This document shows positions 12,771-26,611 of a stretch of DNA of 64,000 nt, piece after piece. Under the pieces are notes generated by a model that did not search any database, was not told where the DNA came from, and worked only from the letters and a program-made list of their open reading frames with translations. Position 1 is the first letter of the stretch; every line of letters starts with the position of its first letter. The position numbers were made by a program, and so were the translations under genes. Source of the stretch: Hyphochytrium catenoides (lineage: Eukaryota > Protista > Hyphochytriomycota); assembly GCA_900088475.1 (NCBI GenBank), contig FLMG01001674.1:1-64000 (forward strand), given 5' to 3'.

Positions 12771-14124
12771 TGCCACAGTGACACTGACAGCACTTCCCAC
12801 TTTCTTATAGATTCTGCTGTATAGCGATAACAGCTCGGACCCTAATGTTACGATGGACATCTCAGAGCGATATGCCGAACATCCGGAGATACGCTTTCAC
12901 TACGATCTGCTTGACTGCAATATAGACATCTGCTCCCCAGAGGTAAGAGAAGAGAAAGAGAGAGAGAAAGAGAGAAAGAGAGAAAGAGAGAACACAGGGA
13001 CCAGCGGGAAACAGGGTCAACATAAGGAGATATTTCCTTGCAGAGAGAGACAGAAGATAACTCTCGGCACTATCATAGGTTTGCTTATCTTCTATCTTTC
13101 CCTTTCTCTCCTCCTCCTCCTCTCTCTCTCTCTCCCTCTCTCCTCGCGCTACAGGTGTTGGTCAAATTCAGTGATAACTTTGACTATCACGACATCCGCA
13201 AGCACTTCATCAGCTACGAAGTGGTCAACACAGAATTAGGAGACAAGGTCTTCTCCTACCTCATACAGAATGGTAAGGACCAGACCGGCCGGCGAGCTTT
13301 TCTCTCTCTCTCTTCTCTCTCTCTCTCTCTCTCTCTTCTTCACTGTCTCTCTCTCTTGCTCTCTCACTCCCTCTATCTCTTTCTGACCGCTTTCTTTTTT
13401 TTTTTCCTTCTCACTCTTGTGCCGTCCACTCATACTCTCTCTCTCTCGCTCTCTTTCGTTCGTCGTTCGTCGTACTCTTCTCTCGTTCGTTTCGTCGTTC
13501 TTTCTATCAAACCTTGTCTGTTTTCTCTCTCTTTCTGTGTCTCTCTGTTCTCTCGTCCTCTTCTTCTTATCCGCTCCTCCTCTCGTTGATATCCACTCTA
13601 ACCTTTTCTGTCTCTACCACTCACTTTCTCCCAAATTTCTCACCACTCTCACTTTCCCTTCGTCTCTCTCCCTCTCGTTCTCTCTTTCTGTTCTTCTCTC
13701 TCCCGAAAGAGTACGCGGCCCGAGCACATGATCCTCGGACCTACAAATCAATCTGCCAGGACATTATCCACCGCTGGACCTTTCCTCTGGTCCCTGACAG
13801 CAATTTCCTAGGACGATCTTCGTACTATTATCAGAGGAGAGGAATCTATAAAGAAGAGAATGTCTCTCTCTCCCGCTCTTCTCGCCTTCTCGAGGATGTC
13901 GTCATTGGCAGCAAGACTGTCATTGGAGCAGAAACCGTAGTTAGCTCTTCGGTTATAGGGCGAGACTGCAAAATTGGTAAGGGCAAGGGAATAGTACTCT
14001 CTCTTTCTCTCTCTCTCTCTCAGAGTCTGTCTGTCAGTCCGTCTGTCTCTCTCCCGCTCCCTCTTCTTCTCTCTTTTTTTCTCCTTCCTCCACTCCACCC
14101 CCACCCCCAGCCCCAACTTTCCTC

Positions 14125-14168
<44 letters not shown>

Positions 14169-15286
14169 TTTTTTCTTTCTTTCTTGTCTCCCTCTGCTGA
14201 CTGATATTTCCTATTCTGCCTTATAAGACTCTCTTCGTTTGCTGGAAAGGAAATGTTACTGCTCTTTCTCAGCCTGAGTTATAGTCAGACAGGAAAGGAT
14301 GTACCCTGCTTTGGCTTGGAATTGTGTCTCTTCTTCATTGATGTGACCTTTCCCTTCTTTTTCCTCTCTCTCTCTCTCTCCCCCAATATTTGTCTCTCTC
14401 ACTTGCTCTTGCTTTCTTTTTTTTTCTTGCAGGCAACAACGTGGTAATAATCAACAGTCTCTTATGGGATGGATGCGTCATTGAGGACAATGCGAGGATT
14501 GAGTCTGCCATCCTCTGTTCAGGAGTCAAGGTAGAGCTCTCTTTTTTTCTCTCTCTCTCTCTCTCTCTCTCTACCTTTTCTCTTTCTTTCTTGTATATGG
14601 TTGAGCATTCTTCTATCCCAGTCCCTTGTTCCTGCCATAGTCCCTTCTTGTCTCTCTCTTCCTTTTCTACCTTTGACTGCCTCCTGCCACCCGCTCTCTC
14701 ACATTCTTGCTTCTGTCGGTCGGTGTATCTGTCTGCCTCTCTCTCTCTCTCTCTTTCTCTCTCTTTCTTTCTCTCTCTCTCTCTCGCTCTCTCTCTGTCT
14801 CTCTCTGTCTCTCTCTTTTCTCTATCTAGGTCCTCAAAGGCGCGCGTGTAGGTCGTGGGAGTATTTTAGGATATAATGTTATCATTGGGAGAGACTTCTC
14901 TCTTCCTGATTTTTCATTTCTCACAAAATCAAAAAAGAGAGAAGAGGACGAAGACGATGATTTTGGAGACGATGCAGATGAAGAAGAGGAGGAAGAAGAT
15001 GGAGAGGGAGGCAATGAAAGAGAGAGAGAGGAATGGGATGAAGAAGACGTAGGCCCAGGAGGAGAGGGAAGAATCTGGAAGATAAGACAGCCCGAGGAAG
15101 AGGAAGACGACGAAGAGGATGAGCTCGAAGAGTTGAGAAGAAAGTTTGTCCAGCAAATTTCTTTAGGAGGAAGAGAGGCAGAGAGAGAGAGAGCAGAGGC
15201 CTGGAATGAATGGCAGCTCTCAGAAGAAGAAGACGAAGAGGAGGAAGAGGTAGACTATTGGCTGCGTATTGACTTTCTCTCTCTCA

Positions 15287-15345
<59 letters not shown>

Positions 15346-16009
15346 TCCTGCACCAATCTTTCTATGTTATACTCTCTCCTTTATTCTCTCTCTCTTCCTT
15401 TCTCTCTTTTCCTGTCTCTTCCCATAATATCCTCTGTCCGACTTTTTTTTACTTGCATGACTCTCTTTCACACACCCGCTTTCTCTATCCTCTTGCCTCC
15501 TGCAGGAAGAAACTCCTCAAGAGAGATTCCACCGTGTCGTATGCGAAATGGTGAAGACAGCGGAGGCAGAGGTAATCTTTCCTTCCCCTCCGTTTCTCTG
15601 TTCTTCCTCACCTATTTCCCTCTTTTGTCTCTCTCACTCTCTTTTTCTCTCTCTCTCTGTGTCTCTCTCGTGTGTCGGAGTATTCTTTCCTGAAGAGCCC
15701 GAGCCTCCATTTCTTCAATCTCATTGGCCAAGTTTTGACTCTCTTACCCAAATGCTTGACACTCTGTCGGCTATCCATCTTCTTTGACTCTTTCTCTCTC
15801 TCTCTCTCTTCTCGTCCTGACTGGACCCGGTGGAGTTCCTTCCATAAGACAGTCCACGGACAGTCCAGTCCACTGACAGAGATAGCTCTACATTTAGCCC
15901 TCTATCTCTCTTTTTGTCTTTCTGTCTCTCTCCCTCTCTCAGTCTCTCCCCGCCTTTCGATCGGACTCATGCTCACCGTCTCTCCCTCTTCCTCTATCTC
16001 CCAACCCCA

Positions 16010-16060
<51 letters not shown>

Positions 16061-16485
16061 TCTCTCTTTCTCTCTCTCCCTCTCTCTCCTATTCTCTTGA
16101 TGCTTGTGTCCAGCGTCAATCCATTGAGAATGTCGCTATAGAGATCAAAGGCTTCAAGTTCGCGCAAGATTGTTCTTTCATTGACTGTCTCCGGGCCATC
16201 GTGCCCACTCTCCTATCGACTATCAGCACCGCCGGTGAGGCCTCACTCCTAGTTTATTTTTACTCTCTCTCTCTCGCTTTCTCTCTCTCCCATTTTGCAA
16301 TGGTTCCTGCATTCTCTCTCTCTCTCTCTGCCTCTCTCTCTCCCATTCACCCCACACACACTTTCTCTTGATCTCTCTCTCTCTGCCTCTCTCTCTCCCA
16401 TTCACCCCACACACACTTTCTCTTGATCTTTCTCTCTCACTCTCTCTCTTTCTCACACTCTCACTCTCTTTCTCCACTCTCTCTC

Positions 16486-16532
<47 letters not shown>

Positions 16533-17599
16533 GCTCTCTTCTATAGGCAAATCTGACATGCAAGTTGTCCAAGAAATGAAGACGAAACTTCTTCGCTGGC
16601 GGCCGATGCTTGAGAGCTGTCTCAAGGGAGGGGCAGGGGGAGAAGAGAGAGAACTCATCAATATCGTTGACAACGTATGCAGAGAAAGAGAGAATGCTCC
16701 TCTCTTCCCGAAGCTCTTCCGCTTTTTGCTACAGGTGAGCATCAGCAAGAGGAAAAGAGAGGGAAGAAGAGTGTTGAAACAGCTCTTGTTCTCTTTCTCT
16801 CTCCTTCTGTTGTCCTCCTCTTCTCTCGTGGCACGGTGTAACTTTTAGGGCTGTTGCCTAAGCATCGCCTGTTTTATCTATTGAGAGCGTCGTATCCCTT
16901 CTTCTTTGTCACCCTTTCTTGTCTTTCTTCTCTCTCTCTCTCTCTCTCTTTTCTTTTTTTTTAATCTTCTTGCCTCTGCTTCTCTTCTCCCCATGCCGGA
17001 GTCTTTCTCTCTTCTCCCTGGGTGGTGTTCTACTTACACTTTCTCCCTATCTCGGTCTCTGCACCTCTTACCGGCACTTCTCTTTCTCTCTTTTCGATTA
17101 CCTCTTGCCCTCTCTTATTTCGCTCTTTCTTCTTTTTCTTTCTTTCTCTCTCTCTCTAGATTCTGTATGATGAGGAACTGGTAGGAGAGGAGGTACTGAT
17201 AGAATGGGCGGCCGCAAGAAAGAGTCTTCCCTCCTCCAGTCCCGAGAGAGTACTCGTAGACCGTGAGGATGTAAGTCAGCAATGTCTGTCTCTCGCATAC
17301 CTTTTCTCTCTCTGTCTCTCTCTCTCTCTCTCTCGGTGTGTCTCCGTCCATGAAGATGTGGATCTCTTTTTTTTCTTTCTTCAGTGTGCAATCTCTCTGC
17401 TCAAGTGAATTGTGCTTTTCTCTAACATTGGTCTCTCTCTCTCTTTCTTCTTCTCCTGCGCTAATGTCTATGCCTTCTCTCTCTCTCTTTTTCTCCCTCT
17501 TTCTCTTTTTGCTTATAGGTCACAGAGTTTATAGAGTGGCTAGAAGAGGAAGAAGAAAGTGACGAAGAGGAGGACGAGGACGAAGAAGACGAGGATTAG
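11049..17599 (+). CDS. EIF2B5: Translation initiation factor eIF2B subunit epsilon, multi-exon
   Basis: [71 protein letters not shown], the NF motif [20 protein letters not shown], left-handed beta-helix exons (13710-14530), and a C-terminal W2 domain [15 protein letters not shown]...[15 protein letters not shown], stop at 17597-17599. Confidence 0.96.
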
Positions 17600-17731
17600 G
17601 CATCTCTCTTCTTTCTCTCCCCTCTCTTCCCGTCTCTTCACTATTATGAACTCCCATTTCGGCCCGTTTCAAATGTATTTGGGCAGTACTAACTAACTTA
17701 TAAAGTTCCTTTTATTACGGTGAGATCTTTA

Positions 17732-17763
<32 letters not shown>

Positions 17764-17764
17764 G

Positions 17765-17812
<48 letters not shown>

Positions 17813-18423
17813 TCTTATAAGCCTAGAGCAGTCTGAAAAGGACTAGAAGACCAAAATCTACGAGAGAGAGTAAAAGAAGGCAGAGAGAGAATTTTGAGAC
17901 GGAAATGCCACGAGAGACAGAAACAGAAAAGTTTTCTCCAAAACATATTTCGAAAGCGGACAATCGTCCATACCGCAGCCTTTCGTCCACCGTGGTCGAC
18001 CAAGAGAGAGAGAATGAAAGAAAACGACACGGAGAGAGACAGAAAGGCATGCACAAAGAAGAGAGAGAGAGAGCTGTAGTCCTACAGAAGAGAAGAAGGG
18101 TGGGGGCGTAGGAAATGAGAAGAAGGGAACGCAACCCTCTTACCATTTTTATCTTCGAGGAAGGAGAAACAGAGAGAGAGAGAGAGAGAGCAGGAGAGAA
18201 GGAGTGCGAGAGAAAGGAGAGACATATGGAAACATTGGTTAACAAAAGAGCCAGTTTCCATCATGTCTCTAGAGGAATGCTCCTGTGCTAGAGGAGAAGC
18301 AGCGATATCTCAAAGCAAGGCATCCATCGCTGAGAAGGAGAGATATTTCTAGACCCAAGCAGGAAGAGAGAAGGCGAGAGGACCACTCCCGCTGAGAGAG
18401 AATTATCATGTTGAGGCCGGGTG

Positions 18424-18475
<52 letters not shown>

Positions 18476-18801
18476 AAGCATAAGAGAGACGATGGCACTC
18501 GTCTTTCTTGGCCAACTGGTCATCCTCTTAAGAGTGTTTCTAGCGGGAAGAGAAAGAGATGAAGAAGCCAACCGTCGGCGGGGAAGGAGAAAGATAGCCT
18601 TTAGAGCAAGACAGAGACAGAGAGGAGAGGATGAAGACGAGGAGGAGGAGGAAAGGAGCGAAATGAGAGAAAGAGGGAGAGGGAGGGAGAAAGGACGAGA
18701 TTGAGAGAAAAGGAAAGGGAGAGAGAAAGAGTGAGAGAGAGGAAAGGAAGGGAGAGAAAGAAAGAAAACGAAAGGAAAAAGAGAGCAATGGAGGGACGGG
18801 A

Positions 18802-18835
<34 letters not shown>

Positions 18836-18873
18836 AGACAAAGAGAGAGAGAGAGAGAAAGAGAGCGAGAGAG

Positions 18874-18988
<115 letters not shown>

Positions 18989-19404
18989 AATGATAAAGAG
19001 AGAAGAAGAGAGTGTGGGAGGGGGAAAGAGGAGAGGAAGAGAGAAGAAAGGAAAGAGCGAATGCCGTTCAACCTCCAAGTACATGAAGATCTCAATCACG
19101 CTTTCTCCAAGTACTCAATTACTGCAGAATAGCTCTAAGAAAAACGATGCACATCTGCCTCTTCCATGGAACCAAGTACAGCTTCAAGTATACTTACTTA
19201 CAAACCCAACAGAACTGGAGGTAAAACAGTAGTGCGATTCTGATAGTAACACTATAAGCGTGACTCTACTGTATGGAACAGTGAGGTAAACAGAGGATGG
19301 CAGGGCTGCTGGTTAATAATAGTAGTGCCTGCATTTTTGTTTCTCTTTCTCTTTCTGTTTCTCCCTCTCTCTCTCTTTTTCTCTCTCTCTTTCTCTCTCT
19401 GTCA

Positions 19405-19443
<39 letters not shown>

Positions 19444-19811
19444 CCTCTCTCTCTCTCTGTCTCCCTCTCTCTTCCTTTCTTTTTCTCTCTATATATGTCT
19501 CTCCTCTCTCTATATGTCTCTCTTCTCTTTATTATATGTCTCCCTGCGCGTCCCTCCTCTTGATTTCTTGCCTTTCTTTTTCTCCCCTTCTCTCCCTTTG
19601 TCTGTCTCGCTCTCAATTCTTTCTCTCTCTCTTCCGTCCTTCTTGTTAGGTCTACTTCTTCAATCTTCCCCTCTCATTTCTGGTACGGGGAGAGCGAGTA
19701 CCTTGAGACTTCAGACTTTTCAAGCCTATTCGACCTAAGAAATGGAGCATTGTAGTTCTATGTCATGCCACACTTTCCTCTTCCCTGAACAGTCTAAGAA
19801 GGAGTCTCTCC

Positions 19812-19876
<65 letters not shown>

Positions 19877-20648
19877 CAACAAATAAACGAGGCCGCCAGA
19901 ACCGGCAACCTCTTCACAAGCTGCAGGGACAGGCGGGTCCTTACTAGCTCTCGGGAGAAGAAAGAGAGTAATGACCTCCTGCCTATTTTCTCTCTTCTTC
20001 CCACGGCGTAAGGCGCGTACAGCCACCCCCAAGACCAACACTTTTCTCTCGCGATTCAGATCCCCTGAGATCTCTAGGAAATAAAGGAACGAGGCAGAAG
20101 TGGCGCAAAGATGGCGCTGTGACAGACGTCAACTCGACCCAATGCACCTGATCATTGTCTTCTGCATGTCTTGTCCAGGACTTCATCCTGGCACTTTTGT
20201 TTCGCACAAAGTAGTCGTCTTCTCTCTCTTGCCTTTCTTTATCTCGCTCGCCTTTTTCTCTCTCTCTCTTTCTCTATTGAGTACAGTGTGCCCTCTCTCT
20301 CTCCTCTCTCTCCCCCTGCTCCTCTCTCTTTCTCTCTCTCTCTCTCTTTTTTCTCGCTTCTATTTGTTCTCTCTTTCTCTCAGTGCAGGTAGTTCTATGA
20401 TGTCTCTCTCTCTCTCCTCCTCCCAATCGTCCACAGATGCTGCATCCACCTGGACTCAAAGGAAAGAAAAGTTGCACAATAAACTTGTGACTTCCCACTT
20501 CCGGGCCGCTGACCTACAAATTTTAGTGAACCGGGAGGAAGAGAGAGGAGAAAGGCAGGGAAAGAAGTCTTGACCGGGCTCCATAAAGAGAGCGCAGCCC
20601 TCCTTGGGAACTTCTCCTCCCTATGAGAAGAGCGTCCGGTACTTCCTT

Positions 20649-20709
<61 letters not shown>

Positions 20710-21190
20710 CTCCCTCTCTCTCTCTCTCCCTCTCTCCCTCTCTTTTTCTCTCTCTCCTGTTTACTGCTCTCTCTCTCTGTTTCTCTTTCTCTCTAACTCT
20801 CTCTCTCTCTCTCTTCCTCTTTCCTTTTTGCCTGTTTACTGCTCTCTCTCTCTGTTTCTCTTTCTCTCTAACTCTCTCTCTCTCTCTCTTCCTCTTTCCT
20901 TTTTGCCAAATTACTCTCTCTTCCTTCATCCTCTCTCCTTCTTCCTTTCCTGATGGCGGCTGCCCTTCTCTTCTGGGTGCTCTCTTCCCGACCTCACTCT
21001 CTTGAGAATGCTCACTTTACTTCTTTCTCTACTCAAAAAGAGAGAGAGAGAGATCGAAGAGCGCACTGTCCGCCGCCCGCGCCACCAGGATAATCTCCAC
21101 CTATCCTGGCCGAGCGCCTTGAGCACCTCATAGTTTGACCACAGAGAGAGAGAGAGAGAGTCCTACATCTCACTCTTCCCTACGGAGAAT

Positions 21191-23290
21191 ATGGCACTCA
21201 TGAAGACCGCTATTTCTCTCTCTCGTCTTGGCCTCCTTCTTCTCTTTGTCTCTCTCGCAGCAGCGCAGAGAGAGACTGGAAAACTCCCTCTCTCTTCCTC
21301 TGCTGGATGGCAAGGGAGAGAGAACGATGCTCTTTCCCGGAGTGAGAGCCTTCCAGGGACAAAGAGTCCTCAAGGGAAGACGACTCTGGCAGGAGGAAAA
21401 GCTTCGACAGTAGAAGAAGAGAGAACGGGAGACAGAGAAAGGAAAGAGTGTACTCTCTCTCTTCCTTCCTCTTCCCTAACAGCAAAAGGACTCTCTCAAC
21501 CTTTTCTTCTCTCTTCCGATTGCCCAAGACAGAGTGTCTTTCTCTATGGCTACTTCATAGACAAGGACTCCATAGAGATGTTCTATCCCGTTCTCATAAG
21601 TGAGGGAGAAGAGATCCCTCGGATCATTCCTCCCTCTCTCCCTCAAAACGCGGTTGTGGCTTTCTTCCTAGCGACAGACAGAACGACCGCCCTGACAGTG
21701 GAAGAGAACAAAGAGACGAAAGAAGGAGAGAGAGCGCTTTGTGCCTCTCAGACAAAAGAAGGGCTTATGGCATGCAACGCTCTCTCTTTCCAGGAAAAAC
21801 TAGCTGCCTCTAGGGTGTGGAGAAAGTCTCTCTCTCCTTCTCCTTCGTCTTCTTCTCTTTCTTCTTGCCCCGACTTGATGGACTTTGAATCCGTCTCTCT
21901 CTCGTCCATGAAGAAACTGAGCAGTGAAGAAGAGAAAGCAAAGAGAAGACAGTCTTTCATGAAAGCCGTTATCGCGTGCAAGTCCTTCTTCCCTCATGCA
22001 AACTCTTCTTCTCCCTTGTCAGAAGAAGGAAAAGAGGGAGATCAGGGGAGAGAGATTCAGGGAACAGCAGGAGAGGAAGACAGTCTCTTGGCTGCGGATA
22101 CCGCGAGCCAGAGTGGCGAGAATGCCCTTGTAGCAGGAGGACAGGTGCGTGGAAGAGTTGGAAAAGGAATATCTCCTTCACCTCCTCTAGGAGACGGAAT
22201 GTCAGGAGAAGGCGTGGGAGACTCTCTCTCTCTTCCTCCCTCTCCCGCGGAGGCAGGATCTGCATCCGGCGCAATGGGAGGAGCAGGAGGAGGAGACATG
22301 ATGGGCGGCGGCGGCGGAGGAGAAGCAGGAGGCTTTGACGCCATGGGAGGCGGAGGAGGCGGAGGAGACATGATGGGCGGCGGCGGCGGAGGAGGAGAAG
22401 CAGGAGGCTTTGACGCCATGGGAGATGGAGGAGGCGGAGGAGGCATGATGGGCGGCGGCGGTGGAGGAGGAGATGCACTCAGTGCGCTGGTGACCGCAGG
22501 GACCAACGCCTTACAGACCTTGATTGGCAGTCAAGGAGGAGGAGGAGGAGGAGGCATGATGGGCGGAGGAGGAGGAGGAGGAAGCGGAGACTTTGACGCT
22601 ATGATGGGAGAAGGAGGAGACATGATGGGCGGCGGCGGAGGAGGAAGCGGAGGCTTTGACGCTATGATGGGAGAAGGAGGAGAAGGAGACATGATGGGCG
22701 GCGGCGGAGGAGGAGAAGGAGGCTTTGATGCTATGGGAGGAGGAGGAAGAGGAGGAAGCGGAGCGGGGAAGGATCTCTCTTCTCTCTCTTCTAAAGAAAA
22801 TAATGGCTCAGGAGGACAAGGAGGAAGACAATCTTCTTCTTCTTCCCCTGACGCTCTCTCTCAATTGACTGGAGGAGGAGGAAAAAAACCGAAACAGCCG
22901 GCCCAGGCCGAAGGACCCAATACTAAGACCACGGCGGCCGCGGTAGACCCGAAAACGGCGGTAACGGCTAAACCCACATCTAAGACAACGTTAGCCGCCA
23001 CCGGTGGGACCAAAACTACGGCCACAACCCCGAAACCGGCCGGCCGAGGAACTGCCGCAACGAAGAAAGCCAGCTCGTTGTACCCCTCCAGCGGCAGCAG
23101 CAGTTCTACTCAGAAAATATCAGGCGCTAGTAAGAACAAGGCAAGCGGCGGAGGAGGAAAGAGTGTCCAAGGTGTCCAGCAGCCAGTGCAGAAGAAGAAG
23201 AAGACAGAGGCGCAGGCGCAACAAGGAGCCGCAGGAGGAAAGAAGAGAGAGAGAGAGAGAAGACACTTGCGAAGAGACAGAAGAAAATGA
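21191..23290 (+). CDS. Intronless secreted protein, 699 aa: signal peptide, Cys-containing globular domain, Gly/Met-rich repeats, basic Thr/Ala/Lys tail
   Basis: Long uninterrupted ORF with a signal peptide (RLGLLLLFVSLAAA-Q) and in-frame repeats. Confidence 0.8.
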   Translation: MALMKTAISLSRLGLLLLFVSLAAAQRETGKLPLSSSAGWQGRENDALSRSESLPGTKSPQGKTTLAGGKASTVEEERTGDRERKECTLSLPSSSLTAKGLSQPFLLSSDCPRQSVFLYGYFIDKDSIEMFYPVLISEGEEIPRIIPPSLPQNAVVAFFLATDRTTALTVEENKETKEGERALCASQTKEGLMACNALSFQEKLAASRVWRKSLSPSPSSSSLSSCPDLMDFESVSLSSMKKLSSEEEKAKRRQSFMKAVIACKSFFPHANSSSPLSEEGKEGDQGREIQGTAGEEDSLLAADTASQSGENALVAGGQVRGRVGKGISPSPPLGDGMSGEGVGDSLSLPPSPAEAGSASGAMGGAGGGDMMGGGGGGEAGGFDAMGGGGGGGDMMGGGGGGGEAGGFDAMGDGGGGGGMMGGGGGGGDALSALVTAGTNALQTLIGSQGGGGGGGMMGGGGGGGSGDFDAMMGEGGDMMGGGGGGSGGFDAMMGEGGEGDMMGGGGGGEGGFDAMGGGGRGGSGAGKDLSSLSSKENNGSGGQGGRQSSSSSPDALSQLTGGGGKKPKQPAQAEGPNTKTTAAAVDPKTAVTAKPTSKTTLAATGGTKTTATTPKPAGRGTAATKKASSLYPSSGSSSSTQKISGASKNKASGGGGKSVQGVQQPVQKKKKTEAQAQQGAAGGKKRERERRHLRRDRRK
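22274..22760 (+). repeat. Coding repeats of the type GGGDMMGGGGGG(EA/S)GGFDAMG
   Basis: Recurrent gacatgatgggcggcggc and ggctttgacgc(c/t)atg units; FDAM occurs five times in the translation. Confidence 0.9.
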
Positions 23291-23623
23291 GAGAGAAAGT
23301 GAGGCGACGATGGCGATGAGAATAGCCTTTCTTTTTCATGATGTTCTCTCTTCTTTCTCTTCTTCCCCGGTCTCCTCTTTTTTTTCTTATCTCTTGAGCT
23401 ATCTCTATTTACTGGTGGGGAGAGAGGAGGAAGAAAGACGACAAGAGAGAAGAGAAGGACACGGGAAGGAAGAGACAAAGAAAGACAGCTCCGTCTCTCT
23501 TTGTGATCTATTATTACTTTTATTATTCATTTACTGCTGCTTTCATTCATAAGTTGCTCCTCCAAGAATTTTGCTTCTTTTCTCTTCCTTTTTTCCTCCT
23601 GGCTCAAGCTCACTTCTTCCTTG

Positions 23624-23662
<39 letters not shown>

Positions 23663-24301
23663 GGCAAGGAGCTAGTAAGTAGCGATGAAGCACAAACGAG
23701 ATCCTCTCTCTCTCTCTTCCTCTGTTCAATCAGAAGGAGGAGAGAAGAAAGAGTAAAAGGATTGATGCTAGGAAGGACGGGGAGGAGCGAGAAGGAGAGA
23801 GGCCATGAAATGGGAAGAGGGATGCAGAAAGAGAGGAGGAGAGAGAAGAAGAGAGCTGGAGAAGGAGGAAGAGGGAAACCCAGTTGACTACCGCCTGACG
23901 TATCGTGGACAACAAACGGGCATCAGAGGAGAGACAGAGGGTTCCACATATCAAGAAGAAGAAGAAGGGAGAGAGAGAGAGAGAGAGAGAGAGGCGAGCT
24001 AGTCCGGTTATGAGGACTGCAATCTGATCCTTGATTATTCTCTGATCCTTGATTATTCTCGCCTCTATCTCTTGTTCTCTCTCTGGCTCTTCACTCTCTG
24101 GATGGCCTCTCTCTCTCTCTCTCTCTCTCCCTCTTTCTCTCCCCCTCTCGGGTGTTTGTCAAGCTGCGCCTTTCTTCCCTGTTGCCTTCTTACTATGGAA
24201 GCAGAAGATTGTCTTTCTCCCTGGACGCTATGTCTCTCTCTTCTCTTTCTGCCTTTACTCCCCTGGATGTTGGCTCTCCGGTGCTTTTTCCTCTCCTTCT
24301 C

Positions 24302-24340
<39 letters not shown>

Positions 24341-24732
24341 NNNNNNNNNNNNNNNCTCTCCCTCTCTCTCTCTCTCTCTTGTCTCCACATCCACTCTGTC
24401 CCTCCTCTTACCGTGTCATTGCTACTTCGCTACTCGCTCTCTCCACGCACGTCCCCTTGTCTTCTCTTCTCTCTGTGTCTCTCTCCCTGCCCTCCTCCGT
24501 GTCCCTCTCCTCTTCAGTCCTTGTCTCTCTCTCTTTCTTCCTCGCCTCTTTTACTACCTCTGTCGCTTCTTCGTCCTCCTCTTCCCAATCAGTTGCTGGT
24601 GTCTGTCAGCTTCTCTCTCTCCCTTTTTCCTCGTTTTACCTCTCCTCCGTCTCCTGTGTCTCTCTCTCCTGCTACTTGGAGCGAGTCCCGCTGCTTGTTG
24701 ACTCACTCTTCCCTTCTCATATGTCTTTTCCA

Positions 24733-24780
<48 letters not shown>

Positions 24781-24809
24781 CATTCTCTTTCTCTCTTCCA
24801 CTCTCGCTC

Positions 24810-24842
<33 letters not shown>

Positions 24843-24880
24843 NNNNNNNNNNNNNNNNNNNNNNNNNNNNNNNNNNNNNN

Positions 24881-24921
<41 letters not shown>

Positions 24922-25187
24922 GTCTTTCTCTCTCCTTCTAGCCGTTGCTGTGCCTGTGTCTTTCTCTCACGACGGTTCAACTGGATATATCCCTGATTAC
25001 CCATAGACCTTATGGGTATCATGGGCTCCAGAGAAGCCCCATATAATCAAGGTTGAAGGATACATTTCTCATACAAGACCTGGGTAACCTAGAGAGGAAG
25101 GATATTAAGGGTGGGTGGGTAAAGGTTTCTTTTTCTCCCTTGAAAAGAGCATTTTTTTCTTGTCAACGTTACTCGGCGCAACAGTCA

Positions 25188-25232
<45 letters not shown>

Positions 25233-25380
25233 TTCTCCGCCCCTACAACCCAGCATCAATCACAGTCAGACGCCACCCGCCCAAAATCTTCACAATCCAA
25301 ATCTCCGTCTGCAGACAACGTTCCCTAGGACACATCTCTTCTCTCCGCCTAATATTAACACAGGGAAAACGCACCGCGCC

Positions 25381-26580
25381 ATGGCTCCTGTCGATAACAA
25401 GCCCCACCCTCCACCTTCTCCTACAAAGAAGCGCACGGCCAGCACGGATAGCGCATCTTCTCCTTCTTCCAAGGCAAAGAAGACCAAGGCTGGGAGCAAG
25501 GGGAAGGTCCTCGTGGCTGGTGGAGGAGGATTCATCGGCTCTCATCTGGCCAAGCGGCTGAAGGAAGACGGCTACTATGTCATCGTCGCGGACTGGGCGG
25601 AGAATCCTTACTTTGAAGAGTCAGAATTCTGCCATGAGTTCCATAATGTGGACCTGCGCTCACAGGAGAACTGCGACAAGGTGACCAAAGGCGTAGATGA
25701 GGTCTATGACCTTGCTGCCGGTAAGGAGAGAGTGGATGCATTGAACTTCTTTGTGACGTTTCTTCTTTCTCTCTCTCTCTCTGTCTCTCCCTCTCTCTTT
25801 CTCTGTCTCTGGGAGCTCTCATTGGGCCTCGTGCCATCTGTCTCTCCCTTGTTCAACGTGGTTTTGGTGTATGCTTGTGCCTCCTGCCTGTGAAAAGAAG
25901 TTCTCTTTCTTTTCTCCTCGCTCTCTTTCTCGTTTGGCCTGTCTTTTCCTAGTCCTCTTCTACTTATCTTCACATTCTCTTCTCTCTATTCAACTCAAAG
26001 GATCGATATCTTCTTCTCTCTTACCCGTTCTTTCTATAGAGTTCGAGCTTCAACTGACTCCATTTGACTTCGTTCTCTCTCTCTCTCTCACTTTCACTCC
26101 CTCTTTCCCTCTCTCTTTCCTTCTCTCTTCTCTCTTTCTCTCTCTCTCTCTTGTGGCTTGCAGATATGGGCGGCATGGGCTTCATTCTCTCCAACCACTC
26201 CGTCATTCTGCAGAACAACCTTCGGATTGGACTCTGTCTCCTCCAATCTGCAGCAAAATACGGCGTTAAGCGTTTCTTCTTCGCCTCTTCGGCCTGCGTT
26301 TACCCTGATTATAAGCAGGAAGAGGCCATCATCCCAGCTTTGAAGGAGGAAGACGTCTGGCCCTCAGATCTTAGGAGTAACGCGTAAGTGTCTTATCTAT
26401 CGAGGGAGAGAAGAGAGACGAAGAGAGAGAGAGAGAGAGAGAGAAGTGAATTGAATTGACAGGAAGTATCTTGCTTCTCTGTCTCTTAGCCTTTTTTGGA
26501 TCGCTACCACGGAAGAATACTGTTGCACCTTGGTCTCCTTTCTTCATACACAAACTGACACTCCGGAACTCTCTCTCCTA

Positions 26581-26611
<31 letters not shown>

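Noticed and set aside
22057-22506. Minus-strand poly-proline, extensin-like ORF
   Set aside because: Antisense shadow of the GGA/GGC Gly repeats in the 699-aa gene.
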